From positions 372,001-436,000 of the forward strand of contig CAUYUJ010000270.1 of assembly GCA_963575745.1 (NCBI GenBank): a stretch of 64,000 nucleotides of DNA. The letters are read 5' to 3'. Position 1 is the stretch's first letter. Each line of letters opens with the position of its first letter. This stretch comes from Prorocentrum cordatum (taxonomy: Eukaryota). Shown in pieces: positions 36,213 to 49,473 of this stretch. A model generated the notes under the pieces. That model saw nothing but the letters and a program-made list of their open reading frames with translations, was not told the DNA's origin and did no database searches. A program made the position numbers and the translations under genes.

Positions 36213-38129
36213 GGAGCAGTTGCCGATGGTTGGACATGGTTGAAGGCGACGATGGGCAAGGAGAAAATCAGGAACATGTTCGATCTTCAAGAAGAGGAAA
36301 GGAAGGGAAGGATACAACATATGGCCAGGGATCAATCTAACGCTGCCTTCTCCTGGTCCCCATAATATTTCTAAAATGTATTCTCCAGGTGTTCCTCCAC
36401 TTCCTTCCCCGCAATCATCCTCATTATCCTCGGCGTCCGTCGCCTCCTCCTGTTCGTCGGTTTTCGCTTCCTTCTTTATTATCCTCTTGCTCCCTCTCCT
36501 ACCCTTCTATTTCCCATTCTTACTTTTCCTTTTCCTCGGGTGGCCATCGTTTCAGACGCAGGCGCCGCGCGCGACAGAGCGCGGCGGACAGGCGGCTGAC
36601 AGAACGGAAAGGCCCACGACGTTGACGACGACGACGATGACGACGACTATGATGACAGACGACGCGCATAGGGGCAGAATTCGAATTGGGGTCTGGTCTG
36701 GAATGCGGCGGCCTGACGCTGTTCGAGAAAACGCAGCATATGGCACGAGATGTTGCAGGGTGCATCGGGCAGAAACCATTAAAGGATAAATGAAAACGCA
36801 TCGAATATGCAATGCATTAGCCACCGGACACAACACAGGAAAGCTCTCTTAGCTAGATATGTACCAACAGTAGGCGGCTCATGCCGAAGGCCAATTCAGT
36901 GCATAGAGATAGTTCATGTGCATGTTTGTGCTCTCCGTCTCAAACCAAATGCGACACAGCATTCGCCACAAAATGCTCCCGCACTAAATTGGGAGGAAGC
37001 CAGCATGGAACCTACAATATTCATCTGGTTAGACGCATGAACTACTTGATACCCTGCACGCTGGTATAGCAAGGGAAACCTTAGTGCTGCTGAACATGCG
37101 TGTCTTCATTGCTGCGAAGCACACATCAACGCAACATGCCGCTCCAGAGAAGCAAGGCATGGCGCGCGCACGCGTCAGCACCAACACGTGCGTTGCGGCA
37201 TGCGCTTGTGCAAAACACCGCATATCGATAATCTTAGGCTGCGGGGCTGCACCGTTTTAAATGCATCCACGAGAAGTCAGATAATGCACGTACAAAGAGA
37301 CTTGCTTTGGAATTCATGAATGTGCTTGGGAGTCAATGAGAAAGCACAATTGTTTCGTTTATACATGGCTGGTCAAGAAATACTGCCATGATACCACGTG
37401 AATATCAGGGCTACCGAAGGGAATTCCGTGTTATTGGCTGGTGAATGAGGAATTCCAGAAGGAGGTATATTCAATGTATCCGAAGATATCATGGAATTCA
37501 AAGAAATAAATGGAATGCCATTTTGAAGGTCGAAGAAAACAAGAGAATCCAGTAGGGAACGCCTCAGTGGTATCCATGGTATCCTCGTGGCCGGCGTGGA
37601 AGGTTCAGGATCGCGGAGCGCGTTTTTGGATTCCGGCGCGGCGATGCGCGACGTCCGCGTTCTGGCGCCTCAACGGGGCACGGCGCCCGCACTTTCGGGT
37701 TCCAAAGTATGTCTGATGTCCACGCTTTTGGCCCCGACAGCAAAAATTCCTTTTTCAAAAACGAGGAGTGAATTCTTTGAGTGTTCATGGGTTGTTCTTG
37801 CAAACACAAGCAGATGTCCGCGGTCGTGGGCCCTGCCGGGCCTGATGTCCGCGAATTTCTGGCTGAGCGTGAAGCGATGTCCGCCAATTTGGGGCGCGCA
37901 AGCTTTCAAATGTCCTCAATGTGGGGCCATGTTGGGCCGCCCATGTCGGCGGGTGTTGCCCCTGATGGCTAAATCTTGCACGCCGACAAGGTGGCGTTCC
38001 TTAGGGGCCACTTAACACGACCAGACGACGGGTCTGTCAACCAATTGCAGAAAACAAGCGCACCAACAAAAAAGGACATGAAGGAGAACAGGAAATGAAC
38101 ATATCCGGGAACAAATTTGGGGGCAGATC

Positions 38130-38480
38130 CAGGGACAAACAAGGAACATCGCGGACAACGACGACACACAGGGACATGGTATCACCAGGCGAAACAGACA
38201 AACAGGGACAAACAGGGACGTCCAGGGACATCCAGGGACACCCCGGGACATCCAGGGACATCCAGGGACATCCAGGGACATCTAGGGACATCTAGGGACA
38301 TCTAGGGATATCCAGGGACATCCAGTGACATCCAGGGACATCCAGGGACATCCAAGGACATCCAGGGACATCTAGGGACAGCCAGGGACATCAAATGCGG
38401 ACATCCAGGGACATCTAGGGACATCCAGGGACATCTAGGGACACCCAGGGACATCCAAGACATCGAAGGACAAGTAAGGA
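38130..38480 (+). repeat. (GGGACATCCA)n 10-bp minisatellite
   Basis: More than 20 near-perfect units at 38215-38460. Confidence 0.95.
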
Positions 38481-39429
38481 CACGTACGGACAACATCACG
38501 CTCTGTGCAAACTTGTGGAAACTCAGCGAAACGAATTGCAACTCATGGAACCCTATTGAACACATCAGAAACCTTAGAAAACATGAACAAAACAACGCGT
38601 GGCTAGTTCCAAATGGAGACAGACCACCATGATAACTCATGCAAACCCCACGAACCCCATAGGAAACTGACACACATGTGCAGCAACATCAGAAACAGCT
38701 GCTCAAACAAAAGCTAAGATGGATAATGGCTCCAAGAATTTTAGTGCGCAGTAACAGTTGCGCTGCGGATTTGTCGTGCTGTTTTGTTTGTTGCATGGGC
38801 GCGAGCAAGAATTTCGAGTTTGGTATCGAATCGTATCGACCGTCGCGTCGAGCTTCGAAATGTACATTAACTGAACGATGCATCGATCGACTTCTGTCTA
38901 CGCCCCGTCGTTTGTAGAGTCGAGAACCCGCCCCGATGCCCCGCCCCCCCAAAAAACTTATCACCATGGCGTCCGGCATCACAATCTACCACCAGGCTTC
39001 CGCGCGCGGCGTGATGACCTGCTTTCTGGACGGGCCAGCGGGGGCTTTGCATGGCAAAGGGTTTGAGCGATCGGCACTCTGAAGGGGGGGGGGGGGGGAT
39101 ATTCAAGAGGAGGAGATGGAACAGCAGCAGCAGTAGCAGCAGCAGAAGCGCATTTTCAGAAGAGGAGGAGTGGCATGAGTTTCTCTTGCTGCAAGGTGAA
39201 CAACCCATATGACTGGGCAAGCGACGAGGAGATCAGCGAAGCCCAGACCAGAATATTTAGCCATCGCATGGAGCAGTCGATCGAACAGGGTAGGAATCAG
39301 GAAAAGTTGTGCACGCGCATTGTATTTGCATTTGCTTTCAAATAAGATCCCCCACAGCTTGACCGCGCGAACCTTCGATTTCGAACGGGCCCGAGGAATT
39401 TCACCGGCGGCATGTCCGAGACGCGCATC

Positions 39430-39760
39430 CAGAGGGCATCCCGGGACAAATCGGGACATCAAAGGACATCCAAGGACAACTAGGGACATCGAAGGACATC
39501 CAGGGACATCCAGGGACATCTAGGGGCATCTAGGGACACCCAGGGACATCCAGGGACACACAGGGGCACATTGGGACATCCAGGGGCACCTGAGGACATC
39601 CAAGGACACATAGGGACAGCCACGGACATGCACAGACAAATGGATATCCAGGGACACTGAAAGACATCCAGGGGCACATGGGGATACCTAAGGGCACCGC
39701 GGATCCCTAAAGATATGTAACGGCATCTACGGAGACCTCGGGACACTTAGGGACATCCAC
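39430..39760 (+). repeat. (GGGACATCCA)n 10-bp minisatellite, more degenerate copy
   Basis: Same unit and orientation as 38130-38480. Confidence 0.9.
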
Positions 39761-40899
39761 GCGCACAGGCAAACATGCAGAACACGTGGTGGCATACGGG
39801 CGTAGATGAGTTGACCGATCCAGGGGCGCCGAAATCAGAGGACGCCTGAAGACAACCAGAGGCAACCACGAGCCCCGAAAACCAACCATGGACATCGGAT
39901 CATAGTTCCCGAGGATAGATATGTGTAAGTATTGCACCAGGAACGTATCGTCATATAAGCCAGGCCACGCAACTATAAATATTTGCATGGAACCATTGTT
40001 TTACCGCGTCGCCCACGGCGCAGGTAAGCCGCGACTTGGATCATAAGCGTCAATGCGCACGTGAACATTGGTGCGGACGACGCGCCGCCGCGCCGCAATG
40101 TATGCGCGAGCTTCAGAGTAATGGCGTCTTCAATTGTTACCTCCAACCATCTCGCGCAACGGCAGGGGGTCGCGAAACCTAGATGTTGAATTCTTCAGCG
40201 TCGGCCCTGGCTGCCCACGTGATCAAAGAGCCTTCGATTCTTAGATGGTCTGAAGGGCCCCGCAAGTGTTGTCGGCGTACTGTTCTTGCTCGCTGAGCGA
40301 ACCTCTCAGCTTCGCGTTCTCCTATGATTTGTCTTGCAGCGCTTGCCAACCGTCGTCGCCTTCTTGCTATGGCCCAGGCCTGCGCCCCCGCGACCCCCCT
40401 CGCCGCCCTCCCCAGCATGCGGGTGTTAGGTCACAGCTGAAGGCGCTGAACGGTGTGTGTGTGGGGGGGGGGGGGGGCTTTCGCGATTGAGTATGGCGCG
40501 GTGTTGCGGTTTGGGTCCAGGATGTGTTGCGCGGTAGGCTGATTGGGATTAGGGCTGCGACTTGTTTACGACGAAGGTTTCGTCGCGGTTGGGTCCGTGA
40601 GGTAAGCGATGTTAACGCTAGGGCGCGTTGAAGCGTCAATTGAAAAGGTTGGTTCGTGCTCGTTCGGGCACTTCCTAGTTGGATTAACAGTGCGCATATA
40701 ACTACGCCGGGCTTGGTGTGTCAGGTTCGGTTTGCGTGGGTGGTGGGCGTTTAAGTTGAGACATAGTGGATCGCACCATTCGCCGGATGTACCAAAACTC
40801 ATGGAACTCCAAGAAACTTTGTGTAATTCCACACTACTTATGAAAAACCCTGAATAACTTATGATTTCAAGTAATTCACATGAAAAATGCAACCTTCCT

Positions 40900-43140
40900 C
40901 ACCATGCACGCGGATAGTACGGAAGGTGGAGGCCCAGGGCAATCGCAGTTCTCATGCCCGCGGTCTCTGCCGGCATCAGTTTCTGAACGCCCCGAGCGGC
41001 GCGCGTCAGCCGCCGCGCCCGCGCAAGGCGAGCGCGCCAGCGCGCGTCGCGCCGCCTGGCGGGAGGTCGACACGGCGCAGATCGCCCCTGAAACAGAGCA
41101 TCCCGGGAGGGCGCCGCCCTCGATCAAGACGGCGCGGCCGAGTTCACTGACGGCGAAAATGGCGCGCATCACTACGCGGCGCGGGCGCGCCCAGAAGCGA
41201 GGAAGCGGCGACGGGGCGCGCAGGCGCAACATGCGCGTCGGAGGCCATTCGCGCGCAATCGACAGGGGGGCCCGGCCGCAGTCGAAACTGACATGAACGG
41301 GCTTGCGAATCTGCTGTCTGCGCGCTCTAGACGCTGGAGCGCGCGCCCCACTCGTGCGCGTTCCTGCCGAAGTTGCGGCCCCCTGCGAAGCCGCGCTGAC
41401 TGGGGAATCCAACGCTTTACGTGGCTAGCGGCAAACCAGAATGTCAGGATTTCGCTCGCAGCGCGTTTCAAGCCCAGGGGGCGAGTTTGGGCAGGGTCTG
41501 CACGGATCTCCACGTCGCAAGAAGCTTCCGGGCTATTGGGGGCGAGCACCTCGCGGAAGTCATTGGAGGGCGCCGCTGAAAGGCCCCCGTTGAGGGATGC
41601 ACCAGCCCGCCCGGGCGCCCTCGCCGCGCCGCGCAAGGAGGCCCGCCCGGGCCTGGAGCGGAGCGATCGAGCCCCAGGAGTTTCGGGGGCGCGCCAAACT
41701 GCTCGAAGCGCCCCTGGGCGCCCGCGGAACGCATCTGCTTCGCCTGGAAGACGGGGGGCCACTGCTCGGGGGGGATCTGCAATATTTTGCCCGGGCCCGC
41801 GCAGACCCCATCTGCCGCGCCCCCGAGGCTCGGCCCTGATCTCAGCATGTTCGCGCTCAGCAATGCGCCGGGGGAACTCTGGCGAGTCTCGCGTGAATTC
41901 AAAAACCAGGACTCGGATGTCCAGGTAGTGCCATGCCAAGAAATACAAAACTCTGAGCCGATGCGCAAGAATCACTTCCTGTCTCCAAGCCGCTCTGCAA
42001 GTGCTCTTGATTATCACGAACCTGGCGTCTAGGGACGCGGGGCGCTTCGCAAACGTGGCGCTCCTGGCAACGCTCGCGGCCCCCTCGCGATCCCCGTCTG
42101 ATACTGGAGCAAGAGCGGGCGGGGCGTGTCCGACGTGTCGCCCAAGACTTCAACTATTTCCAGAACTTGGCTGTATTCGGATGGTCGGCAAACGCGTTTC
42201 GGGATCGGTATTTTTCCGAGCGGGGTCGGAGGACCACCGGCGATGCCTTTTTCCCAACCAAGCAAAATTAAATCATTGGTCCGTGCGCGCCAGATCACAA
42301 AATAATGTGCTCCCGAACAGCGTTGCGCAAGGAGAGCTGGATGGTCCGCGAACGCGGCTGCTGGCTGGCTGGAACGTCTACGCAAATCGTGACATTGACA
42401 CCAGCGATGCTGACCACGAGCGGCGCAGAGGCTGAGGGGCCCTTCGTATGGAAGACCTCGGGGCACTTGCGGACATGGCCGCAAACGAACAGATGGTTGC
42501 AGACCCAACCAGGGGAGCTCAATCAGATTCTACGAAGTTGCTCGGGGTCCCCGGGGCTTTGTGGTTACGAGTCGGGTCGGGGATCTCGATTTAGGTCATG
42601 GAAGAGAAGACAAGGCTCGCAATCGGATCCTTCGAGGCTCTCCAACGACGAAACATGTACAAGGGGTCCACCGAAAGGGCTTGCGCCCAGCATCCCAGGG
42701 GCCTGGCCCGCTAGGTTCAGTTCACCAGCCACAACCACCAGGCGCGAGGAGGTAGAGAAGGAAAACAACAACGAGACGACAACGAACTGCTTCGGCGATA
42801 TTCCGTCGTTTTCCCACAGACAACCCGCGAAGGTAAACGTTAAAGTGAAATATCAAACTACCCTCCGAAAGCAGTGTGGGTAGCTCCAAGACTCCTCCAA
42901 GAACGAAAGCGTTTCGTTGAACGCCTCTTGTTTCATTGTTAATTGGTCGAAGTTCGGGAAGACGGCGACGACGCCGCAAGCGCGGGAGTTCGGGCAGAGC
43001 GAGGAGGCGAGGGAGAAGGCAGAATTGGCGAAGTACGCGAAATCCTTCTGCTCAGGGGGGGTCCCATGAAACTCCTGGGTCGCGATGACCGAACGAGGCT
43101 GCCACAGGGACTTCAGCATGCTAAGCTTCTGGGGGGAAGC
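40900..43140 (-). mobile_element. Degenerate LINE ORF2 (APE + RT)
   Basis: APE: IATQEFH, FNVY, HDLN, SRI. RT: LPK..QTRPLGLK..EI, QRGF (~41385-41398), SFDCGRAP.SIAREW, GALPGCSVSG, AADA. Confidence 0.7.
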
Positions 43141-43339
43141 GCGGGTCTTATAATTGAGCAGCGCTTGGGCGCTCCACGTCGCCAGCTTCGCAACATGACC
43201 ATGTTGTTAGTTTCCCGGGTACCGGCCAATACCCGGCGGGGGGGTTCGGGCGGGAATGTAACGGTAATGGCGGCGGCGTGCGCCCGTCAGGGTGCATCCA
43301 GGACACCGGCGCCTCAATCGCCTGTGTGGATCGCGCTCC

Positions 43340-43900
43340 CTGTGCACACGACAATGCCCAATGCCTGCGGCCAACACAGCGCCACCTGTGTAAAAACCAT
43401 AGTGCTTTCGTACACCACACCAGCCGCGTGCACTGCAGCACCACGTCGCTTTTGCACACCGCAGTGTTTGTGTATACTGCAGCAGTCCTGTGCGCAATAG
43501 TGCCCATGTGCACCGCATTGCTTGCGCGCACCAGAATGCCAGCACCGTGAAACTGGATCACCTCAGGATTCCTCATACAACAAATGATTGGTACAAAATT
43601 ACGCCCTGGATTCTGCAGACAACCATTGTTTACAATAGGATTCTCAAAATAAGCCCAATGGAAAATGGAGCGCACGCGTGCACCACAACGCCTGCATACA
43701 CCACAACAATTGTGTACACCACAGCATCCGCGTGTAACGCAACGTCGGTGTACACCACAATGCCCACGTGCACCACAGCGGTTGCGTACGCCACAGCGCC
43801 TGTGTACACCGCAGCAGCCGTGTGCAATGCACCGCCGGTGTGCACCACGCTGCGCGCTTGAACAAAAGCGCCCGCGCACACCACAGCGCCTGCGGGAGAA
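43340..43900. repeat. Degenerate ~18-bp (TG/TA)CACCACAGCG array with an AT-rich insert at ~43545-43665
   Basis: Repeated CACCAC(A/G) cores. Confidence 0.7.
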
Positions 43901-44269
43901 GACGCGGGCAGCCCAGTCTTTAGTTTCTCCATGGCGCTGGGTCTACAATCGTGGCGCTGGCTGGGGGGGGTGAGGAGGGGATGGGAATAAGCGGGAAAAA
44001 AGGTAGGATGAAGTGAGAAGACTCGGGAAGACGTTGCAAGGGAATCAAGGAGGCGGGGAGCCGCCTAGTCCTCGTCTCCTCCATTGCGTTGGGTACGGTA
44101 GGCTCGTGTCGCGATGACGTCGGCGTTGGTTTCGAACTCTGCGTGGATCGTTCAATCTTGGATCTTGGACGATCTCCGCTCGCTCCCAGAGGACCCTGCA
44201 GACCGCCGACCCCATCTCCGATGTGGATTTCGCGCCGCGAGCTCGTTTCTGCAGGTCCCGCGGCCCGAA

Positions 44270-44525
44270 ACGACCCTCTGGGTCGCGATCATCGGGGATC
44301 TTCTGACCCGGGTCAATCCAGACCCGGGTCAGCAGGAAACCAAAAACTGCAATGCAGGAACAAAAAACTGCAACGCAGATCTTCGCAAACCCGGGTCAGC
44401 CAATATGTGCGGCCGCCTCGCGGCCACGAGCGGCTCGCTAACCCGGGTCAGCCAGAGGGGGTCTCTGCAGGATCCTGCAGGATCTGGCGCCCTGGCTGAC
44501 CCCCGTCTGCATTGACCCCCGTCTC
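44270..44525. repeat. Cluster of ACCCGGGT(C) palindromes
   Basis: TGACCCGGGTCA, GACCCGGGTC, ACCCGGGT x2, CAGGATCCTG. Confidence 0.7.
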
Positions 44526-44899
44526 TTGGCTCCCGAGATCAACCTTGAACGCATGTGCCGGCGTTGCCGCCGCTTCAACGCGGCGCGGCCGCAAACACCT
44601 GGCCAGTGGGAAGAGTGCCCAAACATTCTGCAGCTGCCGCCCAACCGACTTGCCGCCCTCCGAGCGGGCACCTTGGCAGTGAGTCCACCTGACCTACGCG
44701 CGCCGCAATAGCCTGCAAGCGCCACGACGCGCATGTGAGTACCCAATCATGCCCTTCAGCACCACGACATGCCTGCGAGCTCGGCGCCGCAACAGGTGGC
44801 GAGCCTGCGAGCGCCACAGCACGCCTGTGAGCGCCAAGGCGTGCAGTTCAGACCACGCTATGCCTGTGAGCACAGCGCCATGATTGCGGGGCGGCCGCT

Positions 44900-44998
44900 C
44901 CCAGCATGTATGGGGGGACCCCCCCCCCCCCAGCACGATCGTTAGCGTTATCCGGGGGGGAATCGGGTAACGAGCGTTACGCTGGGGAGGAATAAAAC
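44900..44998. repeat. Dispersed GTAACG/CGTTAC repeat, copy 2
   Basis: Colinear with 10105-10210. Confidence 0.75.
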
Positions 44999-44999
44999 G

Positions 45000-46020
45000 C
45001 TCACAGAAGTCAGCGCTCCCGTGGTATCTGCATAAACGAGGGAGCATGCTAGATGCTCCACGCGGTCTCAGCTGGCATCCGGTAGCCAATCGTGACACCA
45101 TTGTATATGGTCTGCTAGTCGATGTCGGGGATGCAGTGGTTCTCGAGGCAGAAGGAAGGATGGCTTCGGAGGGGCCTCTCCCGCCTGCGGTTCCACGTGC
45201 ACTAGCGGCTTCCCCGGTCACGAGATCTCACCCTTGTCGTTGTAGCTGTAAAAGCGGAGGTTGGGATGACGAACCTCGCGTTCGCGACGAAGTCGTTTGG
45301 GGCCCAGTTCGCGTTTGGCCTGGGCCATGTGCTTGTCGGCGGAAATGGAAATCTCTTGCGTGCGTTTGTCTCGGGCCTGACACTCGAATCGTCCCCATGT
45401 ATTGTCATACTTGCGCAGGGCCTGGACTGCGTACGGGATCGATCCGTTGATGCGCTAGCACGCACTTGGAGACCACAAGCCCCCCCTCGACAAGGCAGTC
45501 CGAGTCAGTGATCAGCGCGCGGCCTGGCCAATCGCCGAGGGCAGCGATGACACCGGCGTTGGCGCAGGAGAGCTTGGTGCGAATGAGCAAGATGGTTGGG
45601 TCCGTGGCCCGAATGAAGCCAGGAGCAGCGACAGGAGGAGGCCTGGCGCTCTTTATGTCGCCCAGCACGGTCTGCAGCGAGCGGATCCGCCCTTCATGTG
45701 CGGACTGCTTGTTCTCGTTGAGGTTGATACGGTGCTCGACGCGAGCGTCGGGGTCGTCCCAGCTTTTCGTAAAGGTGCTCCAGAGCAAAGTCATGGAGAT
45801 CCGGACATTGGCGAGAGCCGCGAGCATGGTCTTCTTGGAGACACCCACGTATTCGCGAAGGCTAGCAGCGTCTCCAGCGGAGATGTTGGCAACCACTCTT
45901 TGCCGCTTGTTCGCTTCGTCGATGGCGGCGATCTCGGTGGCCTCCGACGGGAAGGTCGGAGCCGGAGCTGCATCCAGCTGAGCAAGAAGTGCAGCGTTAT
46001 GGGACAAGGCTGAGAGGCAC
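45000..46020 (-). pseudogene. Degenerate coding region downstream of the spliced leader, probably LINE ORF1-like
   Basis: Protein-like part of ORF 45405-46424 with a coiled-coil-like stretch (VEHRINLNENKQSAHEGRIRSLQ) and RATDPTILLIRT; lies 5' of the LINE ORF2 relic on the same strand. Confidence 0.45.
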
Positions 46021-46159
46021 TGCGAGTGAGAACAAAGGAGGCCAGCTGCGGCCGGGACAGACACACAGCAAGAACGAGAAATAAATACGAGCGTCCCCGA
46101 ATGGTTGTCGCACAGCGGCGGGAACCTCGGTTCGAAATCCCGCGACAAGGATTTCGAGC

Positions 46160-46196
46160 CTCGAACCAAAATGGCTTGAGCCAAGATGGCAACGGA
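46160..46196 (-). other. Genomic dinoflagellate spliced leader followed directly by a relic leader
   Basis: TCCGTTGCCATCTTGGCTCAAG (46196-46175; 20/22 to DCCGTAGCCATTTTGGCTCAAG), then CCATTTTGGTTCGAG (46174-46160; 13/15 to relic CCATTTTGGCTCAAG). Confidence 0.9.
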
Positions 46197-47627
46197 CCTC
46201 CTCCTCCTCCTCCTCCTCCTCCTCCTGCTCCTCCTCCTCCTCCTGCTCCTTCTCATCCTGCTCCTGCTCCTCCTCCTGCTCCTCCTACTCCTCCTCCTCC
46301 TCCTCGCGCGCACCCTTGGACACCTGGAAGCCTGAAGGCTGCCTTGGGATCTCGGAGGGCCAAGCGTGGCGGCACGGGCCAGCCCTAGAGGTCCCCGTTG
46401 AGGCCTCAAGGCGGACTTACTCAAGCCCCACCAGACCTGCTGGAAAAGCCTGGGGGATCAGGGAGGACGGTTTTCGAGGAGGACCGATGATCGAGGGAGA
46501 TCGATGATCGAGAGCCGAGATTCGAGGATCAACGCTGCGGGACTCTTTTAAGCCGTTCTGGGCATCATGCAGCGCCCTCGTCGTCACGACTGGGTCCGTG
46601 TGGAATTTGTGGCCGGGACGCTCCCCAGGGCAGGTCCAGGGGTTGATTTTGACACCCGAGTCCAGCATGAGCGCTGGCAAAGATCCCAGCCAATCCCCCG
46701 TGACAGTAAAACATCGCGATAGAACCTCGGCGGGAGGCGTTCGTGCTCCATCTACGGACAGATGCTGCTCGAAAGATGCGTAAAGGCGGTACGGTTCGGG
46801 AGCACTGGTCGCCAATATTCACGAAGTTGTGCTGCACGAGGCCCGACGCCAAGATCCAGAGAGGCGCGCGACGTCGTCGTGCCGCGAGGCGCTCTGGGCG
46901 CAACGGCGACGTGGCCGCCGCGGGATGATCCACGGCTCCTCTCCACAGCGTTATCATGTCCTGGGGTCGGAAGGATCAGGAGATGGAGCAGGAGGAGAGG
47001 CGATGTGCAGGACAACGGAAACAGGCCCGCCTGCCATGCGCAGCTTTCGCTCAGGGCGCATCTTCCAGTTGACTGGGTACCACCTCGGAAGCACCCCCAC
47101 GGTCTGCGCAGATCCGCGGCCTGGTCTTGGGGAACGCTAGCTATGCACCAAAACCAATGCTGGCCAGGCCCATCCCTGGCCCAGGGGCCCACAGTTGGCC
47201 TGGCCAACATGTGCGTCTTGCCAACCACTGGAGAAAAGAGTCCTGAGGGAAACAGGCCCTCAACCTTTCGCCCAGGGCCGTTTTCTGATGGTCTTCTTCA
47301 TGGCGAGGTGCACATGTCTGGCTGGTGTAAACAAGGCTAGGATCGGGATAAATCGCTCCAGAGCGTTCCGGAGCGCTCTCAGAGCGTTCTGGAACGCTCT
47401 GGAGCGGCCGCGGCGCCCAGTACATCCTCCAAACCCGCCGACTCTCAGAGATTTCGAGTTATCCCGATCCGATTTTGTCTCGATCTTCGCGTCGTTTTGT
47501 GGTGCCCCCCGGAGCGCGGACCCGCCCCGTGCAGCCGTGTCCACGAGGGCTCCTTGGGAGGCCCAAGCACACCAGGAGAAACGCCGACATCCTGGAGGCC
47601 CGACCTCTGCCCCTCGTCGCGCCGCCA

Positions 47628-47793
47628 CTCGTCGCGCCGCCAGTGATCCACGGCTTGATCCCGATCCCGATCTTGGCCGGCCTGGGCCGTCCCTTCAAAG
47701 TGGGGGCTGAAAGCTCGTCGCGCCGCCAATGATCCACGGCTTGATCCCGATCCCGATCTTGGCCGGCCTGGGCCGTCCCTTCAAAGTGGGGGC
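47628..47793. repeat. 86-bp tandem duplication
   Basis: CTCGTCGCGCCGCC...CCCTTCAAAGTGGGGG at 47628 and 47714. Confidence 0.9.
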
Positions 47794-48224
47794 CGAAAGG
47801 GGTTGGGGGATGATCGGGTCGGGCGAAAGGGGGGGATAGGGGGGGGTTGAGAATCAGCTCACGTAGCTGATTTTCCCGGCGCCTCCCGGCGCCGGAGGCG
47901 GCCATGTATCGAGGAATGGGCCCCTCGGTCAGGCCGAAACCAGCTGCATGCAGCAAATTTCGTACCCCCCCCCTTTCCCAATCCCCCCCTTTCGCCCGAC
48001 CCGAGATGAGACCGACATGAAACGTGAAGTGCCCCTGTATAGCTAGAGAATCGATGTCGGCGTTGGTTCGCGTCGTACGTAATGTGCGTGCGGGCGGGGC
48101 GAGACGAAGCTGCGCGGGTTCGTCATCGAGTAGAGGCCAAGTCAAACAAAAATAAGTCGCCCCCCCGGCGGCCGTGGCGCGGGGTTGCCCCGATAGGCTG
48201 CCCTGACGTTTGTACCGACGGATT

Positions 48225-48550
48225 TCTCGATGGTTGTTCGCATAATTGTCCTAATGCTTGACCTGATGGTTGTCCCAATGGTTGGCCCGATGGTTTTCCT
48301 GGTGGCTGTCCCGATGGTTGTCCCGATGGTTGTCCCAATAGTTGTCCGGATCGTAGACCCGATGGTTGTCCCGATGACTGCCCCGATGGATAAACAGATA
48401 GTTATATCAACAGGTAATCGGATAATGGTATCTAGATTATGGTAGCCAGCCCGACAGATAGTGAGAACGATACATGCGATGGAAATCTGGACCGACACGT
48501 GGATGAACAAGGTTGTTGTCCCTCTGGTTGTTCTGATGGTTGTCATTAAC
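48225..48550. repeat. (CCGATGGTTGTC)n 12-bp degenerate array
   Basis: Direct inspection. Confidence 0.8.
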
Positions 48551-49327
48551 AGATTGATACACAGATCGGGATATCTACATCCATGTCAAGACAACTCTGA
48601 CTGTGTAGAGCGGTAGTGGGTCAAGGTACCATGTAGACCTGTACGTCAATATGGCATCCGTAGTGATGATTCGAGGTGTCTCGCCTGAGTTGAATAGTTG
48701 ACGCGTGCGCGGTATGCAGCTCAGAGATGGTACCATTCCCACCAAAATGTCCCTATCACCCAAATGCGGGCACCTCTCTCTCTCTCTCTCTCTCCCTATG
48801 AATGTATCTGTATATATATATATATAGACATGCGTGTGTATATATATATGTATATACACACTAGCATGGTCCAAGAAAGCTGCGAGTCGACGAGAGATCG
48901 TTCCAAAACGCCGAAGATTGCATGCAGACGGCCCCGTCAGCCCCCAAGGCTCTTAAACAAATACTGCGAGGCGCCCCACGAAGGCCCTCCAGAAGCAAAA
49001 ATCGTCCCATTCCCCATGGGAAACGTAGATTTGCTCATTCGCCGTTTGGGCTTCCACGCGGCCCACACCGGCCCAAGACGTTTCCAAAATCAACCCTCCG
49101 CAGCCCAAAAGGCTCCCAAAAAGGCTCCACGACGGTTTCCAAGCGATCCACGAATGCTCCTGAAACCATAACAACGGCCCGGGAGAGCCGCAGGACGGTC
49201 CCAAGAGGGCTCCAAAACGGGCAAACGGGGTCCCCAAAGGCTGCCCAGACGGCCCACGCGGGGGACGATTCGGTCCAACCCGCCCAGGATTGCGTCCAGA
49301 CGGATCCATAGGCTCCCAAGACGTTTG

Positions 49328-49473
49328 ATTATCCCGGCAAAGCAACCTAACAGCGATGTGTATAAGCATATCTGGAAGCATTCCCCTTAAGATTCAAGTG
49401 AAAATGCAGTTGTAGAATTTTGCTGTTCTCGCAGTCGCAGTCGCATTCGCAATGACAGTCGCAGTGGCAACGG
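49328..49473 (+). repeat. ~146-bp module, copy 1
   Basis: ATTATCCCGGCAAAGCAACCTAACAGCG...GGCAACGGC, repeated at 54965-55110. Confidence 0.92.

Noticed and set aside
37230..37560. AT-rich foreign or organellar gene fragment
   Set aside because: No long open frame (stops throughout in the frames read) and no recognisable motif; needs BLASTX
46175..46196. Spliced leader RNA gene
   Set aside because: The leader is followed by a relic leader, not a GT donor and intron, and has two mismatches; this fits a retroposed mRNA end
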